Part shown: positions 39,289-50,800 of the stretch, piece by piece
Layout: each line of letters starts with the position of its first letter
Numbering within the stretch: the stretch's first letter is position 1
From: Polyangia bacterium
GTDB lineage: Bacteria; Myxococcota_A; Polyangia; Palsa-1104; JAEUJZ01
Length of the DNA stretch: 64,000 bases
Assembly (NCBI GenBank): GCA_046351595.1
Contig: JAXLYE010000002.1
Span: 1,368,022 to 1,432,021, forward strand
Reading direction: 5' to 3'
Notes under the pieces: model-generated
The model's database searches: none
What the model was told of the DNA's origin: nothing
Seen by the model: only the letters and a program-made list of their open reading frames with translations
Made by a program: the position numbers and the translations under genes

Positions 39289-40014
39289 CTACGCCTCGGT
39301 CTCCTCGTGGTTCGAGTAGACGTTCATGACGTCGTCGTGCTCCTCGAGCAGGCCGATCAGCTTGTTGATCTGCTCCGCGTCCTTGGCCGCAAGCTCCACC
39401 GTCACCTCGGGCAGCATGCCGACCTCGGCGAGGATCGGCTTCATGTTCTTCTTCTCGAAGCCGTCCTTGACGTCCATGAAGTTGCTCGGCTCGGTGAGCA
39501 CGACGATCGAGTCGCCCTCGTTGCGCACGTCCTCGGCGCCGAGCTCCAGCGCCACCTCGGTGACCGCGTCCTCGCTGAACTTCTCGGCCTCGAAGAGGAT
39601 CTGCCCGCGCTTCTTGAACTTGTGCAGTACCGAGCCCGACGGGTCGATCTTGGCGTTCTGCTTCTCCAGGAGCTTGCGCAGCTCGCCGGCGGTGCGGTTG
39701 CGGTTGTCGGTCGCGATCTCGATGACGATGGCGACGCCACCCGGGCCGTAGGCCTGGTAGACCAGCTCCTCGACGGTCTCGGCGCCGAGCTCGCCGGTGC
39801 CCTTCTTGATCGCGCGATCGATGGTGTCGTTGGGGATGTTGGCGCCGCGCGCCTTGTCGACGGCGCTGCGCAGCCGCGGGTTGCCGGTGATGTCACCGCC
39901 GCCGCGCGCGGCCACGGTGACCTCCTTGATCAGCTTCGTCCACCCTTTTGACTTCTTGGCGTCGGCGATTGCCTTCTTGTGCTTGATCGTCGACCAGCGG
40001 TTATGACCGGACAT
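39289..40014 (-). CDS. yebC: YebC/PmpR family DNA-binding transcriptional regulator
   Basis: MSGHNRWSTIKHKKAIADAKKSKGWTKLIKEVTVAARGGGDITGNPRLRSAVDKAR is the YebC family signature. Confidence 0.9.
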   Translation of the reverse strand: MSGHNRWSTIKHKKAIADAKKSKGWTKLIKEVTVAARGGGDITGNPRLRSAVDKARGANIPNDTIDRAIKKGTGELGAETVEELVYQAYGPGGVAIVIEIATDNRNRTAGELRKLLEKQNAKIDPSGSVLHKFKKRGQILFEAEKFSEDAVTEVALELGAEDVRNEGDSIVVLTEPSNFMDVKDGFEKKNMKPILAEVGMLPEVTVELAAKDAEQINKLIGLLEEHDDVMNVYSNHEETEA

Positions 40015-40452
40015 AGATGCTCCTGACAGATCCTGTTGCTCCTATCACGCGGAGGCCGGTCCGGGCAAGTTCTCCGACGGAGCATCGCCGCCCGGCCGCC
40101 TCGTGCGCCTGGTCGGCAGCCTGGTCGGGCAGCGGATCGGGCAGCGGATCGGGCAGCTGACCGGGGCGGCGCCGTGCGGCCCGCCGGACCTCCCGGGCTG
40201 CAGAGGGCAGGGGCCGCGGCCGGTGCGGGCAGCGGTGCGGGCACCGCGTCAACGACATCACAGCGACATCAGGGCGACCTCAATGGCGGCACCGGGCCGG
40301 GCGCGCTCGGCGACGGCAGCGACCGCACCGCGGCCGGCGGCGGTGACCGACGGAGCGCTTCGGCGGCGACCGCACGCACCGCCGGGCGCGACGGCCCGAA
40401 CATCCCAGCGACATCACAACGACATAACGAGCGACGTCACGCTGACCGCAAA

Positions 40453-40469
40453 TGGGCGGTTACCGCCCA
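40453..40469. promoter_or_regulatory. Perfect 17-bp palindrome TGGGCGGT-T-ACCGCCCA about 55 bp upstream of the SQS-like gene, in the divergent yebC/SQS-like intergenic region
   Basis: Seen directly. The same 500-bp gap also holds 3x GGGCAGCGGATC tandem repeats (about 40128-40163) and iterated CGACATCA/CGACGTCA/CGACATAA motifs (40255-40445). Confidence 0.4.
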
Positions 40470-40522
40470 CATACAGTCGTCGAGCCCGATAGGGTACGCT
40501 GCAGAGTAGGAGGGGTGCTCGA

Positions 40523-42511
40523 ATGGTCGAGGCCGCGCCGAATCCGCCGAATCAGTCGATCGCCGATCTGGTCGGTTCCTCGCGCTACAACGCGATCGGC
40601 GACGACAGCCTCAAGGACGAGGACAACGCGGCCTGGGTCATGTTCCTGCCGACCGAGGTGGCGCGCGACTGGATCGAGCCCTTCTCGTGGATCCGCCTGA
40701 TCGACCGCCTCGCCGAGAGCGAGTGGATCGAGGGCTGGGGCTCGCGCTTCCAGGTCTTTCGCATCGGCTGGCGCACCCTGCTGCTCACCGGCTACGTGCT
40801 GCCCGACGACTACCACGTCGGCCTCCTGTCGCAGATGCACGCGCGCTGGTTCCGCGCCGAGGGCCAGGCGCCGGCGCGGCCGCGGCTCAGCAACCCGCAG
40901 CGAGCGCCGGCCCTGCCGGGCGGCCCGGGCCCGGAGCGCCGCTCGCGACCGCCGGCGGCCGGGCTCGTCGTCGGCGACCTCGCGTTTGCCGGCCGCGGCC
41001 CTGGTCCTGGCCCTGGGCCTGGCCACGGCGAAGGTGTCGCCATGCCGCGCCGCCCCAGCACCGCCCCGCGCCGCCCGATCCTGGCCGCCCCGACGGGCAG
41101 CGCGCCCGCCAGCTCGAGCAGCCGGCCCGGCTCGGGCGCCTACCCGACGGCGGACGCCGGTCCGGCCTGGTCGACGGTGCGCGCCTGGGACGAGTACGTC
41201 GAGGCCACCGCCCGCTATACGCGCTCGGACATGGTCTTCGAGACGATTGACGAGTACGAGCACATGCTGCAGTCGCTCGGCGGCTCGCTGTTCCAGATAT
41301 TCCCCTATCTGACCGAGCCGCAGCGCCAGGCCGTACGCGCCTTTGGCGCCGTGGATCAGTTCTTCAATCACCTGCGCGATCTGCCGGAAGACACCGCGCA
41401 GAACCTGTGCTACTTCCCGGCCGACGTGCTCGAGCGCTTCGGCGTCGAGCGCCAGGAGGTCCTGGACGGCTCGTGCTTCCAGAACCCCGGCTATGTGAAG
41501 ATGATGAAGTTCTGGCTGGGGGACTTTGTTCCGTATCTATATAGCCAGGCCGCGTCGTTCTTATCCGATAATGAAATGCACTATTCCTGGCGGCTGCTCA
41601 AGCACTGGTTCCTGCGCCGCCACGTCCGCCTCGAGCACGCCTTCCGCCGCGCCGGCATGAACTACAAGCTCGCCTCGCAGCTCTACTTCGCCGAGGTCAA
41701 GCCCGGCCTCAAGCGCTGGCTGCGCGAAACCTTCGCCGCCGAGGGCCGCCTCGACCTCCTGGCCGCCGGGCCGCGCCCGCTGCCGGTGATGCCGCTGCCG
41801 GGGCAGTCGACGCCGCCGCCGCTCTTGCCGACGTCGCTGCCGAGCCTGGCCGCGCTCAAGCCGAGCGCCTCGTCCGATCCCCGGTTCGCGGCGCCCGAGC
41901 TGCCCCAGCTGCCCCAGCTGCCCCAGCTGGATGTCGTCCCCGCGGTCGGCCTCAGGCCCTCGGCCGGGCCGCTCCGCCCCGTCGGCATCCCCGGCCTCCC
42001 GGGCAGCGCCAACGGCGGCTACGACGGCTACGGCAGCGACGACAGCGACGACGGCGGCGCGATCCCGCTGCCGATCCCGTTCCTCGAGCTGTCCGATCCG
42101 TCCCTGGTGACCTCGGCGGCGCCGCCGTCCGCGGTCCGCACCGCCAGCCGCCCGCCCGGCCCGCCCGAGCTGGCAGCGGGTCCGCTCGGCGGGGCCAGTC
42201 GCCCCGGCAGCCTGCCAAGCAGCCACTCGAAGAGCCCGCCAAACGGCTCTTTGAAGGGCTCCCTGGCTGGCAGCAGCCCCGGCAGCCGCCCGACCAGCCG
42301 CCCGCCGGCGGGACCCGCCGCCTCCTCGGAGCTCGGCCCGCCCGGACCCGCCGGTCCGCGCGGCGCCCCGACCGCCTTCGACGACGATCTCCGAGAGCTC
42401 GCCGAACTCGCCGAGCTCGCCGAGCTGCCCCCCGAGTTTGCCGAGGCGCGGGCCTACAACTCCGGCATCCTGGTCCTGCGCCGACGCGACCGCGGCCTCG
42501 GCGCGCGCTAG
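40523..42511 (+). CDS. Squalene/phytoene-synthase-like (trans-isoprenyl diphosphate synthase, head-to-head fold) domain protein with N-terminal extension and about 280-aa Pro-rich low-complexity C-terminus
   Basis: The central region has NHLRDLPEDTAQNLCYFPADVL (the RDxxED-like second Asp-rich motif), ...YSWRLLKHWF...AFRRAGMNYKLA and a degenerate first motif (TIDEYEH). The tail has PQLPQLPQL and ELAELAELAEL repeats. Confidence 0.5.
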   Translation: MVEAAPNPPNQSIADLVGSSRYNAIGDDSLKDEDNAAWVMFLPTEVARDWIEPFSWIRLIDRLAESEWIEGWGSRFQVFRIGWRTLLLTGYVLPDDYHVGLLSQMHARWFRAEGQAPARPRLSNPQRAPALPGGPGPERRSRPPAAGLVVGDLAFAGRGPGPGPGPGHGEGVAMPRRPSTAPRRPILAAPTGSAPASSSSRPGSGAYPTADAGPAWSTVRAWDEYVEATARYTRSDMVFETIDEYEHMLQSLGGSLFQIFPYLTEPQRQAVRAFGAVDQFFNHLRDLPEDTAQNLCYFPADVLERFGVERQEVLDGSCFQNPGYVKMMKFWLGDFVPYLYSQAASFLSDNEMHYSWRLLKHWFLRRHVRLEHAFRRAGMNYKLASQLYFAEVKPGLKRWLRETFAAEGRLDLLAAGPRPLPVMPLPGQSTPPPLLPTSLPSLAALKPSASSDPRFAAPELPQLPQLPQLDVVPAVGLRPSAGPLRPVGIPGLPGSANGGYDGYGSDDSDDGGAIPLPIPFLELSDPSLVTSAAPPSAVRTASRPPGPPELAAGPLGGASRPGSLPSSHSKSPPNGSLKGSLAGSSPGSRPTSRPPAGPAASSELGPPGPAGPRGAPTAFDDDLRELAELAELAELPPEFAEARAYNSGILVLRRRDRGLGAR

Positions 42512-42712
42512 GGCGGTGCCTCCGGTCGCCCGCTCGCGCGCCGCGCTCGACCTGGAGGTTTCCCTAGTTTCCGACGAGAACGTCGGCGCCGCCGCGGCCC
42601 CATCCGGTGCTCCCTGGGGGGAATTGATAAACGCCGGAGGCTTCGGTTATGCTGCGCAGGGAGGGTCTCTCTGAGTCAGGTCGAGCCGCAATCACGGGAC
42701 GCCCGCACCGGG

Positions 42713-43696
42713 ATGATCATCGGCGGTTACCGCCTCATCAAGCTCCTGGGTGCCGGGGCCATGGGCCGCGTGTACCTGGCCGAGCACGAGCGGCTCGGTC
42801 GGCGCGCCGCGGTGAAGGTGCTCGACGGCTGGGATCCGGAGCTGGTGTCGCGCCTGTTCTGCGAGGCCCGCGCCGTCGCCCAGATCGGCGACGAGCACCT
42901 GGTCGACGTCTACGACTTCGTCGCCGATCCGCAGAAGGGCGTGGTCGCCTACATCATGGAGTACCTGCCGGGCGAGGACCTGCGCAAGGCGCTGCAGCGC
43001 GACAAGGTGCTGGCGCCGGCCCGCGTCGCCCGCATCGCCGCCCAGATCTGCGAGGGCCTGGCCGCCGCGCACAAGGTCGGCGTCGTCCACCGCGATCTCA
43101 AGCCCGACAACATCGTGCTCGTGCGCCGCGGCGGCGACAGCGACTTCGTCAAGCTGGTCGACTTCGGCATCGCGCAGTTCGCGGGCCCGGTCGCGCACCG
43201 CACCCGCGCCGGCATCGCGCTCGGCTCGGCCGCGTACATGGCGCCCGAGCAGGCCGAGGGCAAGCGTGTCGACGGGCGCGCCGACCTCTACGCCGTCGGC
43301 GTGGTCATGCACGAGCTGCTCACCGGCGAGGTGCCGTTCCTCGGCAAGACCTCGCGCGAGACGCTCGAGATCATGCACACCACGCGCGTGCCGACGGCGG
43401 CGGGCGATCACGGCGCCGGCCTGGTGACCGACGCCTTCGCCAAGCTGGTGCAGCGCTGCATGGCCAAGCGCCCCGAGGAGCGCCCGCAGAGCGCCGACGA
43501 GCTGCGCACCACCCTGCTCGAGATCGCCGAGGCCGGCTCGGATCGCGACGACCGCACGCAGATGATCGGCGCGCTGCCGCGCCGCAAGAAGCGCGGCTCG
43601 CCGGCGCGCAGCCTCAACCCGACCGCGGTGCTGGGCATGGCCTTCTCGTTCGCCATCGGCCTGGTCGCAGGGCTGGCGATTATGGGATGGCGCTAG
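42713..43696 (+). CDS. Ser/Thr protein kinase with C-terminal TM anchor
   Basis: [33 protein letters not shown] and YMAPEQ motifs. C-terminal TM helix [21 protein letters not shown]. Confidence 0.8.
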   Translation: MIIGGYRLIKLLGAGAMGRVYLAEHERLGRRAAVKVLDGWDPELVSRLFCEARAVAQIGDEHLVDVYDFVADPQKGVVAYIMEYLPGEDLRKALQRDKVLAPARVARIAAQICEGLAAAHKVGVVHRDLKPDNIVLVRRGGDSDFVKLVDFGIAQFAGPVAHRTRAGIALGSAAYMAPEQAEGKRVDGRADLYAVGVVMHELLTGEVPFLGKTSRETLEIMHTTRVPTAAGDHGAGLVTDAFAKLVQRCMAKRPEERPQSADELRTTLLEIAEAGSDRDDRTQMIGALPRRKKRGSPARSLNPTAVLGMAFSFAIGLVAGLAIMGWR

Positions 43697-43865
43697 CGCA
43701 CGGCGCCGGCGGACCGGAGGATGGCGCCTGGGCGCCCCGGGCCGCCGCGGGCCCGCGGGCTGCGCCGGCGGTTCATCCCCCCGCCCCTCGCTGTTTCGAA
43801 TGCCCGCGCGGCGGCCCGCTCCGGCGAGGCGCCCGGCTTGACTTGAGCCGAGGCTCGCGGCAAAG

Positions 43866-44840
43866 GTGACGCATATGAAATCGTCGGTGCCTTTCGTCTG
43901 GGTCGATGTCTTCGCCGAGCAGCCGTTCGGCGGCAATCCGCTCGCTGTCCTCGACGGCAGCGGCCTGCCCGAGTCGTCGCTGCTGCCGCTGGCGCGCGAG
44001 CTCTCGCTCTCGGAGACGACGTACTACTACCCGCCCAGCCCCGGCGTCGAGGCGGACGCGCGGGTGCGCATCTTCACCCAGGCCAAGGAGATCCCGTTCG
44101 CCGGCCACCCGACGCTCGGCTCGGCGGTGGCGCTGGTGCTGACCGGCCGCGTGCCGTGGACGGCGCCGCGTGTCACGGTCCGCCTCGAGCTCGGCATCGG
44201 CGTCGTCGCGGTCACGGTCTTCGGCGGCGAGCTGCCCGAGCGGGCGCAGTTCACGCACAACCGCATCAGCGTCCCCGGCGAGCCGATCAGCGACTACCGC
44301 CTGGCCTGGCTGTCGCCGGCGCTCGGGCTGTCGATGGAGCGGCTGGGCGCGCGGGTCGCCGCCTCATCGGGCTCGGCCGAGCGGCTGCTCTACCCGCAGC
44401 TCGCCTCGGGCGGTGCCGCGCAGCTCATGGTGCCGCTCAAGACCCTCGATGACATCGAGCAGATCCAGGCCAGCTACCGCGACGTGGTGGTCGCTGAGCG
44501 CGCCCTCGGCTCGGAGCTGGGGCTTCTGGCCTTTGCGTTCGTCGAGCCGCCGCGCGAGGGCGGGCCGGTGCGGGTGCGCGCCCGCTTCTTCGCCTACGAC
44601 GCGCCGCAGGAAGACCCCGCGACGGGCAGCGCCGCCGCGTCGCTGGCGGTGTTCCTGCACCACCACAAGCTGCTGCGGCCCGGCCAGGCGCTGGAGATCG
44701 ACCAGGGCCCGCCGCGCGGCGCCGTCGAGGGCGCGCCCGGCCGCCGCAGCCTGCTGCGCGCGTTCTGCGACGGCACCACCGTCCAGGTCGAGGGCCGCGT
44801 GCGCGAGGTCCTGCGCGGCGACGTCCGCCTGCAGCTCTGA
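43866..44840 (+). CDS. PhzF-family isomerase (phenazine biosynthesis PhzF-like / DAP-epimerase fold)
   Basis: [28 protein letters not shown]...SETTYYYP...[11 protein letters not shown] matches PhzF-family N-terminal and catalytic regions. The start may be ATG 43875. Confidence 0.8.
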   Translation: MTHMKSSVPFVWVDVFAEQPFGGNPLAVLDGSGLPESSLLPLARELSLSETTYYYPPSPGVEADARVRIFTQAKEIPFAGHPTLGSAVALVLTGRVPWTAPRVTVRLELGIGVVAVTVFGGELPERAQFTHNRISVPGEPISDYRLAWLSPALGLSMERLGARVAASSGSAERLLYPQLASGGAAQLMVPLKTLDDIEQIQASYRDVVVAERALGSELGLLAFAFVEPPREGGPVRVRARFFAYDAPQEDPATGSAAASLAVFLHHHKLLRPGQALEIDQGPPRGAVEGAPGRRSLLRAFCDGTTVQVEGRVREVLRGDVRLQL

Positions 44841-44888
44841 TCCGGCGCAAAGGCTCCTCTTTCGCGGGCCCCGCGGCGAGGGAGCGAC

Positions 44889-47800
44889 TCAGCCGGCCGG
44901 GCTGCCCGAGGCGGGCCAGGACGGCTCTCCGCTCTCGCCACCCAAGACGCGCAGCGCCAGCCGCAGCAGCCCGCGCAGCCGCGGCAGATTGAGGCGCACC
45001 TCGGGCGCTGCCGTCGCCGCCGGCGGCGTCAGCGCGTGCAGGGCGGCCAGGAGGTCGCCCAGGCCGCACAGCGCCCGCGCCTCGGCCTGCTCGTCGACGA
45101 GCCGACGCAGCTCGGGCAGCAGCCGGCGCAGCACCCCGGGCTCGGCCTCGAGCTGCGCCAGGCACGGCGGCAGCCGCCGCAGCGCCTCGTTCGGATCCAG
45201 CGGGAACGGGCGCGGTGCGAGCGCCAGCGCCCGCAGCGCCTGCAGCTTCTCGTGCTCCCGCTCGGTCCGCGCCTCGGCGCCGGGCACGTAGAGCACGGCC
45301 GTCGCCCGCACCAGCGCCGCCAGCTCGTCGGCGTCGCCGAGCAGCGCCGCGCCGCCGACCAGCCGGTGCAGCGCCCGCAGCGCCGCGAAGTACACCGGCC
45401 CCGGATCGCGGGAGGGCTCGGTTATCAGGTGGCGCAGCACGAGGAGCCGCGGCGGCTGCGTCGGCTCGCAGGCGGCCGGCGCCCGGTCCGCGGGCAGCTC
45501 GTCGACGAGCTCGACCAGGAGGCGCGGGAAGCCGAGGCGCTGGCCGAGCGGCAGGAGCCGCGTCACCCACGGCGCGGCCGACGGCGGCGCCGCCTTCTCG
45601 GGCGGGGTCGGCGCGGCCACCGGGGCGCCCAGCACATGACCGCCGAGCAGACCCAGCAGGGCCAGCCACGGCTGCAGCTCGGGCGGGCTGGTGAGCGCCG
45701 TGTCCGCGAGCGCCACCGGCTGCGGTCCCAGCCGCTCCAGCTGCTGCGCCGCCTCGCCCGTCGGCTCGACGTAGGCCAGGGCCGCCAGGCTGACCCGCAC
45801 CGCCGCCGACCCGCTGTCGAGCTGCCGCGCTCCGAGGCGCAGCAGCGCGCGCGCGGCACCGAGCTCGACGGCCCCGTCCGCATCGACCGCACCGACGAGG
45901 CGCTCGGCCAGCGCCCGCTGCAGCCGGGTCGCATCCCCGCCCAGCACCTGCAGCGCCGCGCCCAGCGGGCCGTCCAGGGCGTCGGCGGCCCCGCTCTGGC
46001 CGGCGAGCAGCGACAGCGCCTTCGCCAGCGCCGCCGGCTCCGCCGGGCCCGCCTGCAGCAGCCGCAGCCCGTGCGCCCGCTCCGGCACGCCCGGCAGCTG
46101 CAGGGCCAGCCCGGCCACCACCTCGACCTCGCCGAGCGGCGCGCGCAGAGCCTCCAGCCGGGCGGTCGCCAGCGCGGCGCGGCTGCCGTCGCCGAGCCGG
46201 GCCGCCACCGCGACCATGTGGCGCAGCGCGGCGACATCGTCCGGCACGAGCTCCAGCGCGGCGCCCAGGTCGGCCAGCGCGGCCGCGCCATCCCCCAGCT
46301 CCTCGTCGAGGGCGGCGCGCTCGCGCAGCAGCTCGGCGCGCTCGGTGGCCTGGCCCTCGTCCGGCTGCGCGAGCAGCTCGTCGAGCGTCTCGCGGGCCGC
46401 GGCCGTCTCGTGGAGCGCGCGCTTGAGCGACACGAGCCGCCGCAGCGCGCCGCGGTGTCCCGGGACCTCGTCGAGCAGGCAGCCGAGCTGCTGCTCGGCC
46501 TCGCTGCGGTCGCCGAGCCGAGCCGCCAAGTCGGCCGCCTGCAGCCGCGCCGCCGCCCGCTCGGCCGAGTCGCCGGCGGGCAGGTGCAAAAGGAGCTGCT
46601 TGGCCGCGAGCAGCGCCTCGGCGAGCGCGCCGCGCTGCTCGCACAGGCGCAGCAGCGACGCGGTCGCCGCGACCGCTCCCTCCTGATCGGCGTGCGCGTC
46701 GCACAGCGGCGCGGCCTCGGCGTAGGCGCGCTCGGCGCCGGCGAGGTCCCCGCCGCGCTCGCGCGCCGCACCGAGCGAACGCAGCAGCGCACCGGCGCTC
46801 GGGTACTCGGGCGGGATCACCGGCAGGCGCTGCAACAGCTCGACCGCGGCCTCGGCGCGGCCCGTCGCGAAGGCGCGCTCGGCCAGGCCAGCCAGCGCCA
46901 GCGGCTCGTCGGGTACGAGCGCCAAGAGGGCCTGCGCGTAGCGCTCGGTCGCGGCGCCGTCGCCCTCCTGGCAGCACAGCACGACCAGCCGCCGCAGCGC
47001 CTCCAGGTGGCTGAGCCCCTCGCGCTCCGAGCGCAGCCGCCGCTCCAGCACCTGCCGGCGCGCGCTCGCGTCCGGCCCGCCGTCCAGGCGCAGCAGCCGC
47101 GACGCCGCCTCCAGCCCGTGCGGGCCGCCGAGCGCCACCGCCTCGCCGAGGTAGGCGCGCGCGCGCAGCTCGTCATCGGCGCGCTCGGCGAAGGTCGCGG
47201 CCTCGAGCAGGGCGACGGCGCGCTCGCTGGCGGGCAGGACCGCCGCCGCCCGACCGGCCGCGTCCGCCGCGCCGAGCCACTCACCGCGCCCGGCCAGCGC
47301 CGCCGCGAGGCGCTGCAGCGCCGTCACCGAGCCGAGCTGCCCAGCGCTGCGCAGCGCCGCGAGCGCCCCGCTGTCGTCGCCGCGCAGGGTCAAGAGCCGC
47401 CCGAGCTCGCAGAACAGCTCGGCACGCACGGCGTCCGGGCCGGCGGCACCGGGCTCGGCCGCCTCGGGCTCGGCCTGCAGCGCGCGCAGCTCGCGCTCGA
47501 TCAGCTGCACCGCGCGCTCGATGTCCCCCTCGGTGGTGAGCAGCTCGCGCAGCGCGCGCAGGGCCGGCGGGAAGTCGGGCTGCAGCGCCAGCGCCTCGTG
47601 CAGGAGCGGCTCGGCCGAGCCCGCCGCCGGCAGCTTCTGCAGCACCGCCGCCTTGTCGCACAGGACGCGGGCCCGCTCGCGCGGCGCGTGCAGCCGCGTG
47701 AGCAGCGAGTCGCAGCACGACAGCGCCAGGTACAGATCGCCGCGCTGGAAGGCCAGCGCCAGCTGCCGCTCGATCGGGCGCGGGTCGTCGCCGAGCAGCG

Positions 47801-50800
47801 CCGCGGCGCGGGCCAAGAGCTCCGCCGGTGTCGGCATGCTCAGCGGCAGCGGCGCCGGCGGCGCCTCGTCGAGCGCCGTGAAGTCGGCCGGCAGCGGCGG
47901 CCCGGGCACCGGGCTCTGCTGGCTTTTCGGCAGCGGCCCGTCGCCGGGCTCGGCCAGGAAGTCGGTGGGCACGGCGATGAAGCCGAGGTCGCTCGCGCGC
48001 TCGAGGAACCCGAGCTCCGGCGGGCGCAGCGGCGACGGCGTGCTCGCCGACGCCTGGCTCGGTCGCGGCGCGCCGCCGGCCGCCTCGGTGAGCAGGCTGG
48101 CCAGCAGCAGCGCGCACTCGCCGGCCTCGTCGGGCTCGACGTCGGGCGCGTAGGTCGCGGTCAGCAGGTGGGGCAGCGCCCGCTCGAGGTCCCCCGGGCT
48201 CGGCGAGCTGCACAGGAGCATCCCGAGCAGCGCGTGCGCGGGCCCGAGCTCCTCGGAGCGCAGCAGCAGAAGCTCGAGCTGCCCGAGCGCCTCGCCGCTG
48301 CGCCCGAGGTGGGTGAGCAGCTCGGCGCGCACGAGGTGCAGGCCGGCCGCCCGCCGCGCCCGCGTGCCGAGGCGCCGCAGCTCGCTCTCGCACAGCTCCA
48401 GCACCTTCTGGCCGTGACCGTCGTGGGCGAGTCGGCGCGACAGGCGCCGCAGCCGGCTGAGCGGCCGCTGCGACAGCGCGACCTCGCCGCCGCCCGGTCC
48501 GCGCCCGGCCGTGTCCCCGTCTCCGGTGAGCGCGCCGAGGCTGCACAGCCGCAGCCAGCGGCCCGCGGCGCCCAGCGGATCGCCGACGAGCTCGCACAGC
48601 TCCGCGGCCTGCCACAGCAGGCGGGCGCGCGCCGGCTGCTCGGCCGGATCGTCGGTGAGCAGCGCGAGCTGGCGATCGATCTGGTCCTGCGCCGCCGGCA
48701 GCACGCCGCTGCCGAGGAGCCGCGCCCGCAGCGTCTCGTACAGCGCCGCCTCGCTCGGGTCCCGGCTCGCCGCGTGCTCGATCAGGAAGCGCAGCGCCAA
48801 CAGGGCGTCCTCGGGCCGCGCCATCCCGCCGAGCTCGTCGAGGATCAAGAGGTGCGCGCGCGCGGCGGCCGGTCCGTTGCGCAGGCGCAGCGCCACGGCC
48901 AAGAGCTCGCGCGCCGCGGTGAGCCGGCGCAGGCCCTCGCTGCGTTCGACGTCGCGCTGCAGCATCTGCAGGAGGCGGGGCAGGTCGTGGCTCGCGCGCA
49001 GCCGCGCCAGCAACCGCTCCCGCACCTTCTCGTCGTCGGCGTCGCAGGCGAGCAGCGCGGCGTCGACCTGCGGCAAGAGGCTCGAGCTGCACAGCTCCGC
49101 GGCCTGCGCGAGCAGCGCGCGCTGCATCTCGCCGCTCTCGTAGGTCGACCACATGAGCAGCGCCGCGCCGTACCGCGGCCGGTCGTCCACCGCCGAGAAC
49201 AGCGCCGCTAGCGCCGGCCACGCCAGCGCCCCGCCGCCCTCCTCGATGGCCGCGGCCAGCGTGTCCTCCTCGGTCAGGTAGTCGCCGCGCTGGTGGGCGA
49301 TCTCGGCAAGGCGCAGGTAGACGTGCGGCCGCTCGTCGCGGGGCACGCGCTCGGCCTGCAGCGCGCGGCGGTAGAAGCCCTCGGCCGCGTCGAGGTTGGC
49401 GTTGGCGTAGGCGTGGTGGCCGAGCCCGAGCAGGACCAGCGGCGTCGTGTCACCGCCGAGCTCCAGGGCGCGGCGCAGCGAGGTTTCGGCGCGGTCGTAG
49501 CTGCCCAGCCCGTGGTGCAGGTGCCCGGCGTGGGCGAAGACCGCGGCGGCGTCCGCGGGGCTGCCGCGGGCCGTCAGCGCCTCGCCCGCCGCCTCCCACA
49601 GCGCGACCGCGCGCGGCAGGTCGCCGAGCTGCTGCTGCGCGATCTCGGCGGCCCGACGGTACAGCGCCGCGGCATCGGCGTCCGCGCGCGAGCGGGCGTG
49701 CACGACCAGCGCATCGGCCAGCGCCGACGGCTGCCCCGCGGCCTCGAGCTGGGTGAGCAGGGCGTCCGGATCCAGCCCGGCCTCGATCTGCGCCACCAGC
49801 GCCTCGCGGTGCTGGCCGCGCGCCGAGAGCAGCCGCGCCAGCGCGCGCAGCTCCTCGGGCTCGGCATGGCCGCGCTGGTGCAGGCGGACCAGCGTCGGCA
49901 AAAGATCCGCGGGGCTGCCCGGCGGCGCCTGCAGGAGCTCGGGCATGTCGAGCTGGGCGCGGGCGTGCAGCGCCTCGGTGTGATCGCCGACGGCATCGAG
50001 GTAGCGGCGGGCGGCGCTGAGGTCGCCGAGCTCCTGGCACAGGGCCGCGGCCTTGAGCAGCAGCGGCCGTGGCGCGCCGGGCCCGTTGGGCAGCGCGGCC
50101 CGCAGCTCGCCGAGCGCGGTCGCCGGCGCCAGCGCCTCCAGGCGCTCGAGCAGCTGGTGGTGCGCCGGCGACAGCGGCGCCTCGGGGCGGACGACGGGCG
50201 AGGGCCGGCGCACGCGCTGCGGGGCGAGCGGCGCCAGCGCCGCGGCCAGCACCTGATCGATGGCCAGCTCCAGCGGCGCCACCTCGGCGCCGGGGCCGAG
50301 CTCCGCCAGGCTGGCGCGCGCCTCCTCGGCGGTGCGCTGGGCCAGGGTGTGGGCGCCCTCGCTGAGCGCGCAGCGGGCCGCGCTGAGCAGCGCCAGCGCC
50401 CGCTCCTCGGCGGTGCGGCCGGCTCCGGCGGCGAGCTCGCGGTAGTGCGCGGCAGCTTCGCCGGGATCGCCGCGGCCGAAGGCCACCGCCGCCAGCCCGA
50501 GGCGCGCCTCGGCGTGATCGGGCTTTTCGTCGAGCGCGGCCCGGCACAGCGCCGCCGCCTCCTCGTGGCGCCCGGGCGCGGTCAGCAGGAGCTGCCGGCG
50601 GCGTCCCAGGGCGAGCGAGCGCAGCGATTGGCTCTGCGCCGCCATGTCGTAGGCCGCGAGCGCCGCCGCGGCGTCGCCCGACAGGAGCAGCCGGTCGCCG
50701 ATCTGGACGGGCTCGGCCAGGCCCGGGTGCAGCCCGCTCGCCGGATCCGGGCGGCGGTCACCGTCGTCGTAGCTGTCGCCGCGCCCGGTGCCGCGGTAGG

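Noticed and set aside
44437-49221. Several 400-1400-aa ORFs on both strands overlapping the giant TPR-like gene (44437-46977 minus, 45036-49211 plus, 47281-49221 minus)
   Set aside because: Extreme Arg/Ala/Gly/Pro composition with no hydrophobic periodicity. They are alternative frames of the giant gene.
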